Assembly (NCBI GenBank): GCA_029260985.1
Contig: JAJDCE010000123.1
Span: forward strand, 1-44,186
DNA from: Patescibacteria group bacterium
Lineage (GTDB): Bacteria; Patescibacteriota; Gracilibacteria; UM-FILTER-43-11
Direction: 5' to 3'
DNA: 44,186 nt
The position numbers and the translations under genes were made by a program. Shown here piece by piece: positions 12,445 to 21,068 of the stretch; positions within the stretch are counted from its first letter, which is position 1; each line of letters begins with the position of its first letter. The notes below the pieces were generated by a model. The model did not search any database. It was not told the DNA's origin and was given only the letters and a program-made list of their open reading frames with translations.

Positions 12445-14118
12445 ATGAGTTTATTGGGTAAAAAATGGGTGATTTTAAACCAAGAGAATGATTTAACGAT
12501 TATTGCGAAATTATTGAAAAATCGAGGTATTGATTCCCCCGAAAAGGCAGATTGGTTTTTTAATGCATCTCTAGACCGCCTGCATGAGCCCAGATTGCTC
12601 AAGGAAATGGATAAAGCGGTTGAACGAATCAAAAAAGCCATTAATCAGCAGGAAAAGGTCATGGTTTTTGGAGATTACGACGTCGATGGCATTACAGCCA
12701 CCGCAATAGTGGTCGATTTTCTGAAAAAAGTTGGCGTGGAGGCCCATCACAAACTCCCCAATCGGGAAAAAGATGGCTACGGCCTCAAAGATTACTTCAT
12801 CCGAGAGTTCAAAGAGATGGGAATCGATCTGATTGTCACGGTCGATTGCGGTACGTCAAACCTTAAAGAAGTGAATTTAGCCCGTGAATTAGGGATCGAC
12901 GTTGTGATCACCGACCATCACAGTATGCCATCCGAACTCCCAAAAGCTTGTGCTATCGTTAACCCTAAACAGCCTGATTGTGAGTATCCGAATAAGAATA
13001 TTTGCGGTTCCAGCATTGCCTACAAACTAGTTTCCGCACTGGCGCGCGATTTATGGCCACAGGAAGAAGCAGAAAAATACTTAGATTTTCAGCTTGGCGT
13101 CGTTGCCTTGGGGGTGGTGGGGGATTGTATGGCCTTAAAAGGGGAAAACCGAATATTAGTCCGTGAAGGAGTTAAGCGACTTTCCAATGGGGTAAATGCA
13201 GGAGTCAAAGCGCTCATGGAGGCATGCAACTTGCCACTTCATAAAATGAGTAGCTCCATGATTGGCTTCCAGATTGGACCCCGTATCAATGCAGCAGGGC
13301 GAATCGATGATCCTGATCACGCCTTTCAATTAATTATGGGTAATTTAGATAAGGCAACAGTGCTGAATGAATTGAATGAAAAACGACGATCAATCACACG
13401 CGAATTAATTGAGGAGGCAGTTGAAATGATTGAGCGGAAGGAGACAGTGCCCAACATCATTGTTGTGAGCAGTCCTGATTGGCCATCCGGCCTGTTAGGA
13501 TTAATCGCTAATGGCATTTCAGACCAATTCTGCCGGCCTACGATTGCTATGCAGGAAAGGGAAAATGAGTGCGTAGGGTCAATGCGCAGTGTCAATGATT
13601 TTGATATTACTGAAAACATCCGTGAGGTGGCTGGTGAATTATTTTCTGCTTTTGGTGGCCATGCCATGGCAGGTGGTTTTTCTTTACCCAAAGAAAATTT
13701 AGCTAAATTTTTGAAGCGGGTCGAAGTACTGGGGGGTGAAAAAATTAAGCCCGATGAATTTATCAGTACACTTAAAATCGATTGCGAAATTAATGCCGAT
13801 GAGCTCAATTACGAAACATGTTACAAGATGAGTCGCCTGGAACCCTTTGGATCCGACAATCCAGAACCAACTCTTTTACTTAGAAATGTACGCATTCAGG
13901 ATATTCGTTCGGTTGGAAAAACTGAAGAACATCTACAGTTTCCAGTGCGATTGGGCGATAAAGCTGTATCTGCAATTGCCTTCCGTTTTGGAAAACATCT
14001 TGATAAAATTGATCCAGCTAAAACGCATGACATCGTCTGCAACTTAGAAATCAACGAATGGAATGGGCGAAAAAAGTTGCAGTTGAGAGTCGTGGATTTA
14101 AAAACCACCGATAGCTAA
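12445..14118 (+). CDS. recJ: Single-stranded-DNA-specific exonuclease RecJ
   Basis: 557 aa. DHH-family motifs GDYDVDGITA, VDCGTSN, ITDHH and DHHA1 GGHAMAGG. Confidence 0.9.
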   Translation: MSLLGKKWVILNQENDLTIIAKLLKNRGIDSPEKADWFFNASLDRLHEPRLLKEMDKAVERIKKAINQQEKVMVFGDYDVDGITATAIVVDFLKKVGVEAHHKLPNREKDGYGLKDYFIREFKEMGIDLIVTVDCGTSNLKEVNLARELGIDVVITDHHSMPSELPKACAIVNPKQPDCEYPNKNICGSSIAYKLVSALARDLWPQEEAEKYLDFQLGVVALGVVGDCMALKGENRILVREGVKRLSNGVNAGVKALMEACNLPLHKMSSSMIGFQIGPRINAAGRIDDPDHAFQLIMGNLDKATVLNELNEKRRSITRELIEEAVEMIERKETVPNIIVVSSPDWPSGLLGLIANGISDQFCRPTIAMQERENECVGSMRSVNDFDITENIREVAGELFSAFGGHAMAGGFSLPKENLAKFLKRVEVLGGEKIKPDEFISTLKIDCEINADELNYETCYKMSRLEPFGSDNPEPTLLLRNVRIQDIRSVGKTEEHLQFPVRLGDKAVSAIAFRFGKHLDKIDPAKTHDIVCNLEINEWNGRKKLQLRVVDLKTTDS

Positions 14119-14173
14119 CCAATTGCTTTCCGATAGCTAACCAATTGCTTTCCGATTGCCTACCAATAGCAAC
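14108..14173. repeat. 22-nt tandem repeat: two perfect copies plus one degenerate copy
   Basis: CCGATAGCTAACCAATTGCTTT at 14108-14129 and 14130-14151, and a 15/22 copy at 14152-14173. The first copy contains the recJ stop codon (14116-14118). A further 15-nt direct repeat ATAGCAACGGACAGC lies at 14166-14180 and 14197-14211. Confidence 0.9.
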
Positions 14174-14232
14174 GGACAGCGCGACGTCAGGAGCAGATAG
14201 CAACGGACAGCAACGGGATAACAATAGGAATT

Positions 14233-15336
14233 ATGAAAATAAAGTTAATATTAAAAGATGGCTCCGAAGTAATAGGTGAGTCATTTGGTTTTTTACCCAA
14301 ATCTAAAAATTGGGAAGTGGATGGGGAGGTCGTTTTTAATACGGGTATGGTGGGATATCCAGAAACATTTACAGATCCCTCATATCGAGGGCAAATCCTA
14401 GTTTTAACCTACCCTCTTATCGGTAATTACGGAGTACCCACCGACCAAGCCCTCAAGCACGTCAGTCAATTAATGGAAAGTGAGCAAATCCATTTGCGCG
14501 GTCTGATCGTGAGCGAATATTCAGAAGAATTTTCCCATTGGCAGGGCAAAAAATCTTTATCTGATTTTCTCAAAAAACACAAAATCCCTGCCATTCAAGG
14601 GGTAGACACACGGGCTCTTACTCAAAAACTCCGTGAACACGGGGTTATGTTGGGCAAGATGCTTCCATCAGACAAATCTTTTTCAACCTCAATGGAATTT
14701 TCCGATCCCAATGAGTGGAATCTAGTGGCTGAAGTGTCTCCAGATAAGAAAGAAGTCCTATTACCTAAAGGAAAAGCCAAATGCACAGTCGCCCTTTTAG
14801 ATTGCGGAATCAAACACAACATCATCCGTAATTTCCTAGACCGGGGCTGTAAGGTGATCCGATTACCATGGAATTATGACATCAGTAAGCTAAACGGAAA
14901 ATATGATGGGCTATTCATTTCTAACGGGCCGGGAGATCCAAAATTAGCCATAGAAGCTGCCGATTCAATCAAGCTGGCTATGAAGGAAAACAAGCCTATA
15001 TTCGGCATTTGTTTAGGCACTCAGCTATTAGCCCTTTCTGTTGGCGCCGATACCTACAAACTGAAATATGGTCACCGAAGCGCCAACCAGCCTTGCATCG
15101 ATTTAGACACCGGTCGTTGCTACATCACCTCCCAAAATCACGGATTCGCCGTCAATGACAAAACGATCCCAAAAGGCTGGAAACCCTGGTTCGAAAATGC
15201 GAATGACGGAACCATAGAAGGAATAAAACACAAAACCAAGCCCTGGTTCGCAGTTCAGTTTCATCCGGAAGCCAGCCCAGGACCAGAGGACGCTGCATAT
15301 CTTTTTGATGAATTTGTCACAAAGCTGACACGTTGA
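14233..15336 (+). CDS. carA: Carbamoyl-phosphate synthase small (glutaminase) subunit
   Basis: 367 aa. N-terminal CPSase small-chain pattern (VFNTGMVGYPETFTDPSYRGQILVLTYPLIGNYG). GATase triad context GICLGTQLL and FHPE. Confidence 0.9.
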   Translation: MKIKLILKDGSEVIGESFGFLPKSKNWEVDGEVVFNTGMVGYPETFTDPSYRGQILVLTYPLIGNYGVPTDQALKHVSQLMESEQIHLRGLIVSEYSEEFSHWQGKKSLSDFLKKHKIPAIQGVDTRALTQKLREHGVMLGKMLPSDKSFSTSMEFSDPNEWNLVAEVSPDKKEVLLPKGKAKCTVALLDCGIKHNIIRNFLDRGCKVIRLPWNYDISKLNGKYDGLFISNGPGDPKLAIEAADSIKLAMKENKPIFGICLGTQLLALSVGADTYKLKYGHRSANQPCIDLDTGRCYITSQNHGFAVNDKTIPKGWKPWFENANDGTIEGIKHKTKPWFAVQFHPEASPGPEDAAYLFDEFVTKLTR

Positions 15337-15349
15337 CAGTAAAAAGTTC

Positions 15350-15378
15350 AAGAGCCGCCCTTGCGAGCGGCTCTTTTG
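15350..15378. terminator. Rho-independent terminator-like hairpin after carA, possibly bidirectional
   Basis: AAGAGCCGC-CCTTGCGA-GCGGCTCTT followed by TTGCC. It lies between the convergent carA and the small minus-strand ORF. Confidence 0.65.
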
Positions 15379-15384
15379 CCAGTG

Positions 15385-15501
15385 TCATCGCAGCCTTATT
15401 GGAATAAAGAACATGTGGCCGATAGCTAGCACAGCCAGTATCAGTATCCAAAGGGGAAAACGAATAGCACACCATAGCGCCAGCTTCGTGTTGTCCGTCA
15501 T
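15385..15501 (-). CDS. Possible 38-aa hydrophobic peptide
   Basis: ATG-initiated MTDNTKLALWCAIRFPLWILILAVLAIGHMFFIPIRLR, with one predicted TM helix. Not in the supplied track because it is under 60 aa. Confidence 0.25.
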   Translation of the reverse strand: MTDNTKLALWCAIRFPLWILILAVLAIGHMFFIPIRLR

Positions 15502-15754
15502 GATATTATCCTTTTTCGTAAAGGGTTTTGTAACATTGGCTTTCAGTCAATGCTGATCCAGACAAATGTCGAATAAGCATAATCCTCATTATCTTAGCCA
15601 TGCTCGTTTGTATGTCAATTTTTATCCACTTGGATTTAGGTATTTGGCTTGTTTGAAATGTTTGTTCCATTTCAGAATATTCAACATTTTTAGTTATATA
15701 CAATATTTCCCCTGTTCGTCATCATGAATGTCGACAGTTTTTGACCATAATAGT

Positions 15755-15783
15755 TTGACCAACTTGTCTACCATATTTATACT
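15755..15783 (+). promoter_or_regulatory. Putative promoter TTGACC-17 nt-TATACT upstream of the HTH gene
   Basis: -35 element at 15755-15760 and -10 element at 15778-15783, about 75 nt upstream of the ATG at 15859. Confidence 0.35.
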
Positions 15784-15858
15784 TAATCTGTTATCTGTCA
15801 GTATTCATTTACGAGATAAACTTCGACAAACATTTTACAAAATAAACATATTAAAATC

Positions 15859-16503
15859 ATGGCCAAAACCCTATACGTAGACCGAATTGAAGCGAGCAAA
15901 ATCCTTAAAGTCTCCACTCGAACAGTTGATCGCTATATGCGAAAACATCGTTTCAAAACCAGAAAAGACGGACGACGTGTCCTTATTAAAAAAGTCGATG
16001 TAGATAAAATTATCAAAGAGCACATCGGACGTTTAGTAGACATTAAAGAAGATAATCTGAATGAAATTCTAAACAACAAGGAGCAGAAAGGGGTAGAGAA
16101 AACCACCAAACTTGCCGTAAAAGATATCAAAGTAAAAAAAATCAAAGAAAAGGACTCAGAAAAAATGAATGTAGAGCAGGAAATTTACAAAGAACTTTAC
16201 GGCGAAGTTAAGAAGGATTTAGGCAAAAAGCAAGAACGCCTAGAGGCAGCTACTTACCGAGTTGGTCAGTTAGAATCACAAGTGAAGAGTATGGTGCCAA
16301 TGCTCGATTACAATAAAAAAGACCGAGCGCTCCAGGAAGCTTACAGTGCGATGGACGCCCGCTCAAAGCAGAACGAAGAGACCATTCAGAAAATGGAAGT
16401 TAAGCTTCGAAGTGAGCGAGTGGCTAAATGGGTTTATCTCTCATTAGTAGGAACTCTATTGGTGGCTGAGCCAATTCTTTTCTTGTTGTGGGCTTTTGCT
16501 TAA
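15859..16503 (+). CDS. Excisionase/MerR-type HTH protein with a coiled-coil and a C-terminal TM anchor
   Basis: 214 aa. N-terminal IEASKILKVSTRTVDRYMRKHRFKTRKDGRRVLIKKVDVDKII (HTH_17-like). Charged heptad-rich middle region. C-terminal WVYLSLVGTLLVAEPILFLLWAF. Confidence 0.65.
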   Translation: MAKTLYVDRIEASKILKVSTRTVDRYMRKHRFKTRKDGRRVLIKKVDVDKIIKEHIGRLVDIKEDNLNEILNNKEQKGVEKTTKLAVKDIKVKKIKEKDSEKMNVEQEIYKELYGEVKKDLGKKQERLEAATYRVGQLESQVKSMVPMLDYNKKDRALQEAYSAMDARSKQNEETIQKMEVKLRSERVAKWVYLSLVGTLLVAEPILFLLWAFA

Positions 16504-16527
16504 GCAAGGGAATCTAGTATTAACATT

Positions 16528-16569
16528 GAATTGACTTCGAATTGACTTTAGCTCGGTTCGGAGTCAATT
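16528..16569. repeat. 11-nt direct repeat plus an inverted copy, allowing alternative hairpins, upstream of tpiA
   Basis: GAATTGACTTC (16528-16538), GAATTGACTTT (16539-16549) and AGTCAATT (16562-16569), which is complementary to AATTGACT in either copy. Confidence 0.7.
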
Positions 16570-16593
16570 TGTATATAACTAATTTTCGTCAAT

Positions 16594-17244
16594 ATGATCG
16601 TTACTAATTTTAAAACTTACGAATCCGCCACAGGTGAAAAAGCGCTTGAGCTCGCTAAAATACATGAGGCTGTCGCAAAAGAAACAGGTGCAGATATCCA
16701 AGTCTCGGTACAGGCCGTCGACTTAGCCTCTATCGCTAACAATGTCTCAATTCCTGTGCTATCTCAGCACATCGATCCGGTAGGATTCGGGAGTGCTACA
16801 GGTCATATTCTGCCAGAAGCGGTAAAGATGGCTGGAGCTCAAGGCACGATATTAAATCACTCAGAACAGCGATTGGAGCGCGAAATTCTCGCCAAGTCCA
16901 TCACCCGTGCTAAAGAAGCAGGCTTGAAAGTCATCGTTTGTGCGGAGAGTCCGGAAGAAGGAGCCACGTTTTTAGAATTTGATCCGGATTTTATTGCCGT
17001 TGAACCACCAGAATTGATCGGCGGCGATACTTCCGTATCTAGCGCACAGCCCGAAATCATCGAAAACGCTGCCAAGCTGATCGGTTCCGAAAAATTATTA
17101 GTCGGTGCTGGCGTAAAAAACGGTGAAGATGTAAGAACCTGCATCAAATTAGGCGCAAAAGGCGTCCTTTTGGCTAGCGGCGTAACCAAAGCTGAAGATC
17201 CAAAGGCAGTCCTCATGGACTTGGCTAACGGACTAAGCCAATAA
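16594..17244 (+). CDS. tpiA: Triose-phosphate isomerase, short archaeal type
   Basis: 216 aa, against ~250 aa for bacterial TIM. Motifs NFKTYE, LNHSEQRL, AVEPPELIGG, LVGAGV and LLASGV. Confidence 0.8.
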   Translation: MIVTNFKTYESATGEKALELAKIHEAVAKETGADIQVSVQAVDLASIANNVSIPVLSQHIDPVGFGSATGHILPEAVKMAGAQGTILNHSEQRLEREILAKSITRAKEAGLKVIVCAESPEEGATFLEFDPDFIAVEPPELIGGDTSVSSAQPEIIENAAKLIGSEKLLVGAGVKNGEDVRTCIKLGAKGVLLASGVTKAEDPKAVLMDLANGLSQ

Positions 17245-17440
17245 GTTTTTGCCATAAATTTCCTAAAACTGCAGCAAGCTTAGAGCGATGGTCTTTTATC
17301 TCCTGAATACTGGATAGTGAAGGTCTAAGGATATCGGTTCGGCGATTTCGCGAGCCCTTATTCAAGGCTTTGTTAGCCTCTACCAAAGCTCTCTCGATGT
17401 TATTATTGGGCATGGGGCAACTAAAATAAGCGGCCTCCAT
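17225..17440 (-). CDS. Small hypothetical protein (71 aa); doubtful
   Basis: ATG ORF whose 3' end overlaps the tpiA 3' end by 20 nt. No motifs recognised. Confidence 0.25.
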   Translation of the reverse strand: MEAAYFSCPMPNNNIERALVEANKALNKGSRNRRTDILRPSLSSIQEIKDHRSKLAAVLGNLWQKLIGLVR

Positions 17441-17475
17441 ATTGCGCTATACTTACCCAATAAGTCAAACTTAAA

Positions 17476-17658
17476 CTAACTAAAATGTCCAAAAAGCCTA
17501 GATAATACTCCCCTATTATCACGCACAAGCTTATCTCTTTCGAGCCTTTTCCTTTCGGCATCTAGATCATGCTTATTTTCACCCGTTAATAATCCCAGGG
17601 GATTTTTATCAGGATCCATTGGACTAGGAAGATATGAGTTTTCTTGATTTTTGGGCAT
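17476..17658 (-). CDS. Small hydrophilic hypothetical protein (60 aa); doubtful
   Basis: ATG ORF downstream of truB. A TATAAT-like element lies ~30 nt upstream on the minus strand. Confidence 0.3.
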   Translation of the reverse strand: MPKNQENSYLPSPMDPDKNPLGLLTGENKHDLDAERKRLERDKLVRDNRGVLSRLFGHFS

Positions 17659-17709
17659 ATGCAGAATATGTTTATTTGAAACTCATTATAACATATTTAC
17701 TAAAACAAA

Positions 17710-18411
17710 TCAAGTTATGTGAGCCGCAGATAAGGGAAGCACTGTTTTTACGTCAGCCTCCTCAATGCCAATTGCATTTTCAATCGTAAAGTGTCCTACT
17801 TTAGTCCGTTTCAAGGCTGATAGGTAGCCACCAACCTCAAGTTTTTCACCAATATCGCGAGCAAGAGAGCGTACATAAAACCCTTTTCCACAATGAACTT
17901 TTAATTTCAGTATAGGCCATTTGTAGTCGAGGAGTTCGATGGTGTGGACGATGATTTCTGCCGGTTTAAGCTCGGCTTTTTTGCCCTTACGAGCAAGCTC
18001 ATACGCCTTTTTACCTCCTATTTTTTTCGCGGAAAACTGAGGGGGCATTTGTTCAAAAGTACCTGTAAATTCTTTCAGAATATTCTCAATATCAGTAATC
18101 GGAACTTCATTGGCTCCTTCAACGGGTTTCAATTCACCCTCTTGATCATCCGTATTGCTGGTAGCACCAAGTGTTATTTCACATTGATATTCCTTATCTA
18201 GCCCCGTTAAATCCTGAACTAGCTTAGTTCCTTTGCCAATACAAAGCACTAATACACCAGTCGCTTTTGGATCCAGTGTGCCTGTATGTCCCACTTTTTT
18301 AACATTGAGTATATTGCGAACCTTAGCCACCACATCAAAAGACGTCCAGTCCATAGGCTTATTAATCACCATCAAACCATTGATTTGATTGTAAACTCTG
18401 AATTTTTTCAT
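17710..18411 (-). CDS. truB: tRNA pseudouridine(55) synthase TruB
   Basis: 233 aa with motif GHTGTLDPKATGVLVLCIG. The start overlaps the stop of the upstream Mur ligase gene by 4 nt. Confidence 0.9.
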   Translation of the reverse strand: MKKFRVYNQINGLMVINKPMDWTSFDVVAKVRNILNVKKVGHTGTLDPKATGVLVLCIGKGTKLVQDLTGLDKEYQCEITLGATSNTDDQEGELKPVEGANEVPITDIENILKEFTGTFEQMPPQFSAKKIGGKKAYELARKGKKAELKPAEIIVHTIELLDYKWPILKLKVHCGKGFYVRSLARDIGEKLEVGGYLSALKRTKVGHFTIENAIGIEEADVKTVLPLSAAHIT

Positions 18412-19733
18412 GAAGTATATTTTTCAATAATTTCTTTCACTACCTCCCGCTCATCCCATTCAATCGTTCCATCATTCATCGTTCGGGTCGGCAAACTCCC
18501 CATACCCGTCACCACAATCACATCACCTTCTTCCGCATTTCTAACCGCAAATTCAATCGCTTCATAACGGTCTTCGATCAAATGTAAATCTTCCTCCAGC
18601 TTTTTCACTTGTTTCGCCCCTTCCAAAATCGCCTCCATAATATCCATTGGGTTTTCAGAATACGGCTCTTCATCCGTTATGATAGTAATATCGGTATGCT
18701 TTGCCACAATTTTCCCCATCACTGGCCGTTTTGCCTGATCACGATCCCCACAGCTGCCGATAATCCCAATTAAGCGATTAGGTTTTGCCTCCCGAAGAGA
18801 CTGATAAAGTTTTTCCAGTGAGTCCGGCGTAAGCGCAAAATCAACCAATACCTCAAAACCTTTCGGACTTTTAATCGATTCCATTCTGCCGGAAACACCC
18901 TCAAAGGTTTTTAGGGCATGTCGGATAATCTTTAAATCTATTACTTCACAGGCTAAGGCCGCACCCGTGGCCGCCATCGCGTTCTCCACATTAAAAGAAC
19001 CCGGCACCATCAGTTCCATCCCCATTTCCTCACCTCCGTAATGCAAAGAAAATTTAGAACCGTATTTTGAGCAGGTCATATGATGAGCCTTGATGTCTCC
19101 TTCATCAAAACCATAAGTGATTTTAGTGGGACAGCTGATGCCATTAAATTCTTCAAAAAACTGATCGGTGGTATTGAGCACCATCGCCTGCCTATGTGGA
19201 ATCGCCTCCAAAGCTTTTGGTAAATGCCGATGGCACGTTCGGCTCACGACTTTAAATAAACCCTTTTTAGCCTCCTTATACTTTTCCATTGTCTTGTGAT
19301 AGTCCAGATGTTCATGAGTAATATTCGTCAAAACCGAAATACTAAACGGAATACCCCACAGTCGGTGCTGATGGATCGCGTGAGAGGAAGATTCGATCAC
19401 CACGTATTCAATTTTTTCTCTCAAGCACCGCTTAAGGAACTTTTGCGTTTTAAAGGGTGACATCGTGGTCTTTTTTGACTTATTTGGGGTAATTTTCCCA
19501 TCAATTCTGAATTCAACCGTCGACATCATGGCCACTTTTTCCCCAGCCGTCCTCAAAATATGCTCGATCATATGAACGGTTGTTGTCTTTCCATTGGTTC
19601 CCGTTACGCCAATGCAAACCATTTTCTTACCAGGAGTACCGGCTTTCAACGCTGCCGTTAATCCTTTGAGGCGATGCCAAAATAAGCGAATAGGATTATC
19701 GGGGCTGATGATTTTTCGGAGTCGGTTGAGCAT
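18408..19733 (-). CDS. murE: Mur ligase family protein, MurE-like (UDP-MurNAc-tripeptide synthetase)
   Basis: 441 aa. P-loop GVTGTNGKTTT, VIESSSHAIHQHR, TNITHEHLDYH, GSCGDRDQAKRP. The DNPR position reads DEEPY, so the third-residue specificity is unclear. Confidence 0.7.
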   Translation of the reverse strand: MLNRLRKIISPDNPIRLFWHRLKGLTAALKAGTPGKKMVCIGVTGTNGKTTTVHMIEHILRTAGEKVAMMSTVEFRIDGKITPNKSKKTTMSPFKTQKFLKRCLREKIEYVVIESSSHAIHQHRLWGIPFSISVLTNITHEHLDYHKTMEKYKEAKKGLFKVVSRTCHRHLPKALEAIPHRQAMVLNTTDQFFEEFNGISCPTKITYGFDEGDIKAHHMTCSKYGSKFSLHYGGEEMGMELMVPGSFNVENAMAATGAALACEVIDLKIIRHALKTFEGVSGRMESIKSPKGFEVLVDFALTPDSLEKLYQSLREAKPNRLIGIIGSCGDRDQAKRPVMGKIVAKHTDITIITDEEPYSENPMDIMEAILEGAKQVKKLEEDLHLIEDRYEAIEFAVRNAEEGDVIVVTGMGSLPTRTMNDGTIEWDEREVVKEIIEKYTS

Positions 19734-19778
19734 ACGGCCATTATAGTAGGGTAGAGGAGAAAATGAGTCCAGTTTTTA

Positions 19779-19806
19779 TTGACAAGAAGAATTTATATCA
19801 TAAAAT
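19779..19806 (+). promoter_or_regulatory. Putative promoter TTGACA-16 nt-TAAAAT
   Basis: -35 element at 19779-19784 and -10 element at 19801-19806, 29 nt upstream of the ATG at 19835. Confidence 0.45.
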
Positions 19807-19834
19807 GATACACTAATAATTAATAATAATAAAT

Positions 19835-20713
19835 ATGACAGAAGTCCTCCACGACCCCGCATCAGAAGTAGAAAATATAACCCCAAATAAAGAAGAAGGC
19901 TTTGTCGTCGCAAGAGACAGTGTCGAAACAATACTGGTAAGTAACGACCAGGAAAGGCCAGATCATCAGATAAGTGCAGCTGAACAATTATTAAATGAAG
20001 CCCGAAAATCATTCACGGATACCGGTAAAGAACAAATAGCTGAACTAAAGAAAGATTGGGAGGGGTTATCAATGCGGGAAAGGACTGGTAGGATAGATAA
20101 AATTATTCAAAACAAAGTCCAGTCTGTAAACGGCAATATTGCCTTAACACATCTTGCTGCAATTACTGGGAAAAACCGCAAAGAACTGCATATATACAGG
20201 CGCCTTTTTCGAGCCCCCGATAATATTTGGAAGCTAGAAGAAGTAGGCTTACTAAAGCCAGATGATTTGGGGTTAATTGATGTGCTTTTAAAGGTGATCA
20301 AAGCTGAGAAAAAGCCACATAAGCTTATTTTTGAGCTTGCAAAGCTTCACGCCCCATTAACGGAAGGTGCGATACAAGATGTTGTTTTGTCTACTGCCCG
20401 AAGCCATATCGACATTCATAGGCAAGAGGTAGATCAAAGGCTAAATTCAAATGACGTATACATGGTCGACTTCGCATCTGAATATGCCAAGGGTTGTGAT
20501 GGATTAAAAGATGTACCACTCAAATTTATCCCCCTTGATACTCCTGGCTATGGCAAATTTAAACAGAGATTTAATAAAGATGACGATTTTGTATTATTTT
20601 GCGAAGCCGGTAATTCTAGAAGGATTTGTTGTATTCATCATAAAGCAGTAATCGCTTACAAAGTGCATCAAGCTGGTTTTAAGTGGGATGAAGATGAGAA
20701 AATTAATGATTAA
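19835..20713 (+). CDS. Hypothetical protein (292 aa), possible internal HTH
   Basis: ATG ORF. Segment NIALTHLAAITGKNRKELHIYRRL looks HTH-like. No family recognised. Confidence 0.6.
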   Translation: MTEVLHDPASEVENITPNKEEGFVVARDSVETILVSNDQERPDHQISAAEQLLNEARKSFTDTGKEQIAELKKDWEGLSMRERTGRIDKIIQNKVQSVNGNIALTHLAAITGKNRKELHIYRRLFRAPDNIWKLEEVGLLKPDDLGLIDVLLKVIKAEKKPHKLIFELAKLHAPLTEGAIQDVVLSTARSHIDIHRQEVDQRLNSNDVYMVDFASEYAKGCDGLKDVPLKFIPLDTPGYGKFKQRFNKDDDFVLFCEAGNSRRICCIHHKAVIAYKVHQAGFKWDEDEKIND

Positions 20714-21048
20714 ATAATTATATCCTTTTCAATCTGCTTTTTCAGCTTTTCTAAATCCGTAAATGCTTTTGGTTTTCGGATTTTTTTCAGTACGCGAAAG
20801 CTCACAAATTCTCCATAAATCCTCTTATTAAACCCAATCACATAAACCTCCAAAACTTTTCCACGCTGGGTAAGTCTTGGGCCAAAATACAAGGAGCCTT
20901 TGTAGACACTCTTCCCTATTTTTACCTCTGAATCATAGACACCTTCGTCAAATTGTTCGCCAAAACGCCCAACATTGAAATTGAGGGTCGGGAATCCTAT
21001 TTTACGACCGGTTCCAGTTCCTTTTTGTACTTTGCGACGGATATACAT
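20710..21048 (-). CDS. Monofunctional riboflavin kinase (RibF C-terminal-domain type)
   Basis: GTGRKIGFPTLNF...GVY...LYFGPR...LEVYVIGFNKRIYGE. The track ORF begins at a TTG (21063). The first ATG at 21048 gives 112 aa. Confidence 0.75.
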   Translation of the reverse strand: MYIRRKVQKGTGTGRKIGFPTLNFNVGRFGEQFDEGVYDSEVKIGKSVYKGSLYFGPRLTQRGKVLEVYVIGFNKRIYGEFVSFRVLKKIRKPKAFTDLEKLKKQIEKDIII

Positions 21049-21068
21049 ATAAATATATTTCAAATTAT

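Noticed and set aside
13326-13808. 160-aa minus-strand ORF inside recJ
   Set aside because: It is antisense to a well-supported RecJ coding region and has no motifs. The same reasoning applies to 32077-32583, 32695-32913, 33596-33850 and 34246-34737 (antisense to the P-type ATPase) and to 16857-17255 (antisense to tpiA).
7981-14173. Possibility that the tandem repeats are CRISPR arrays
   Set aside because: The units are 7-22 nt, directly abutting, with no unique spacers of 25-40 nt and no cas genes.
15506-15703. 65-aa minus-strand ORF
   Set aside because: It starts at a TTG, and the first ATG is 12 codons in. There are no motifs, and it lies in AT-rich spacer where such ORFs arise by chance.
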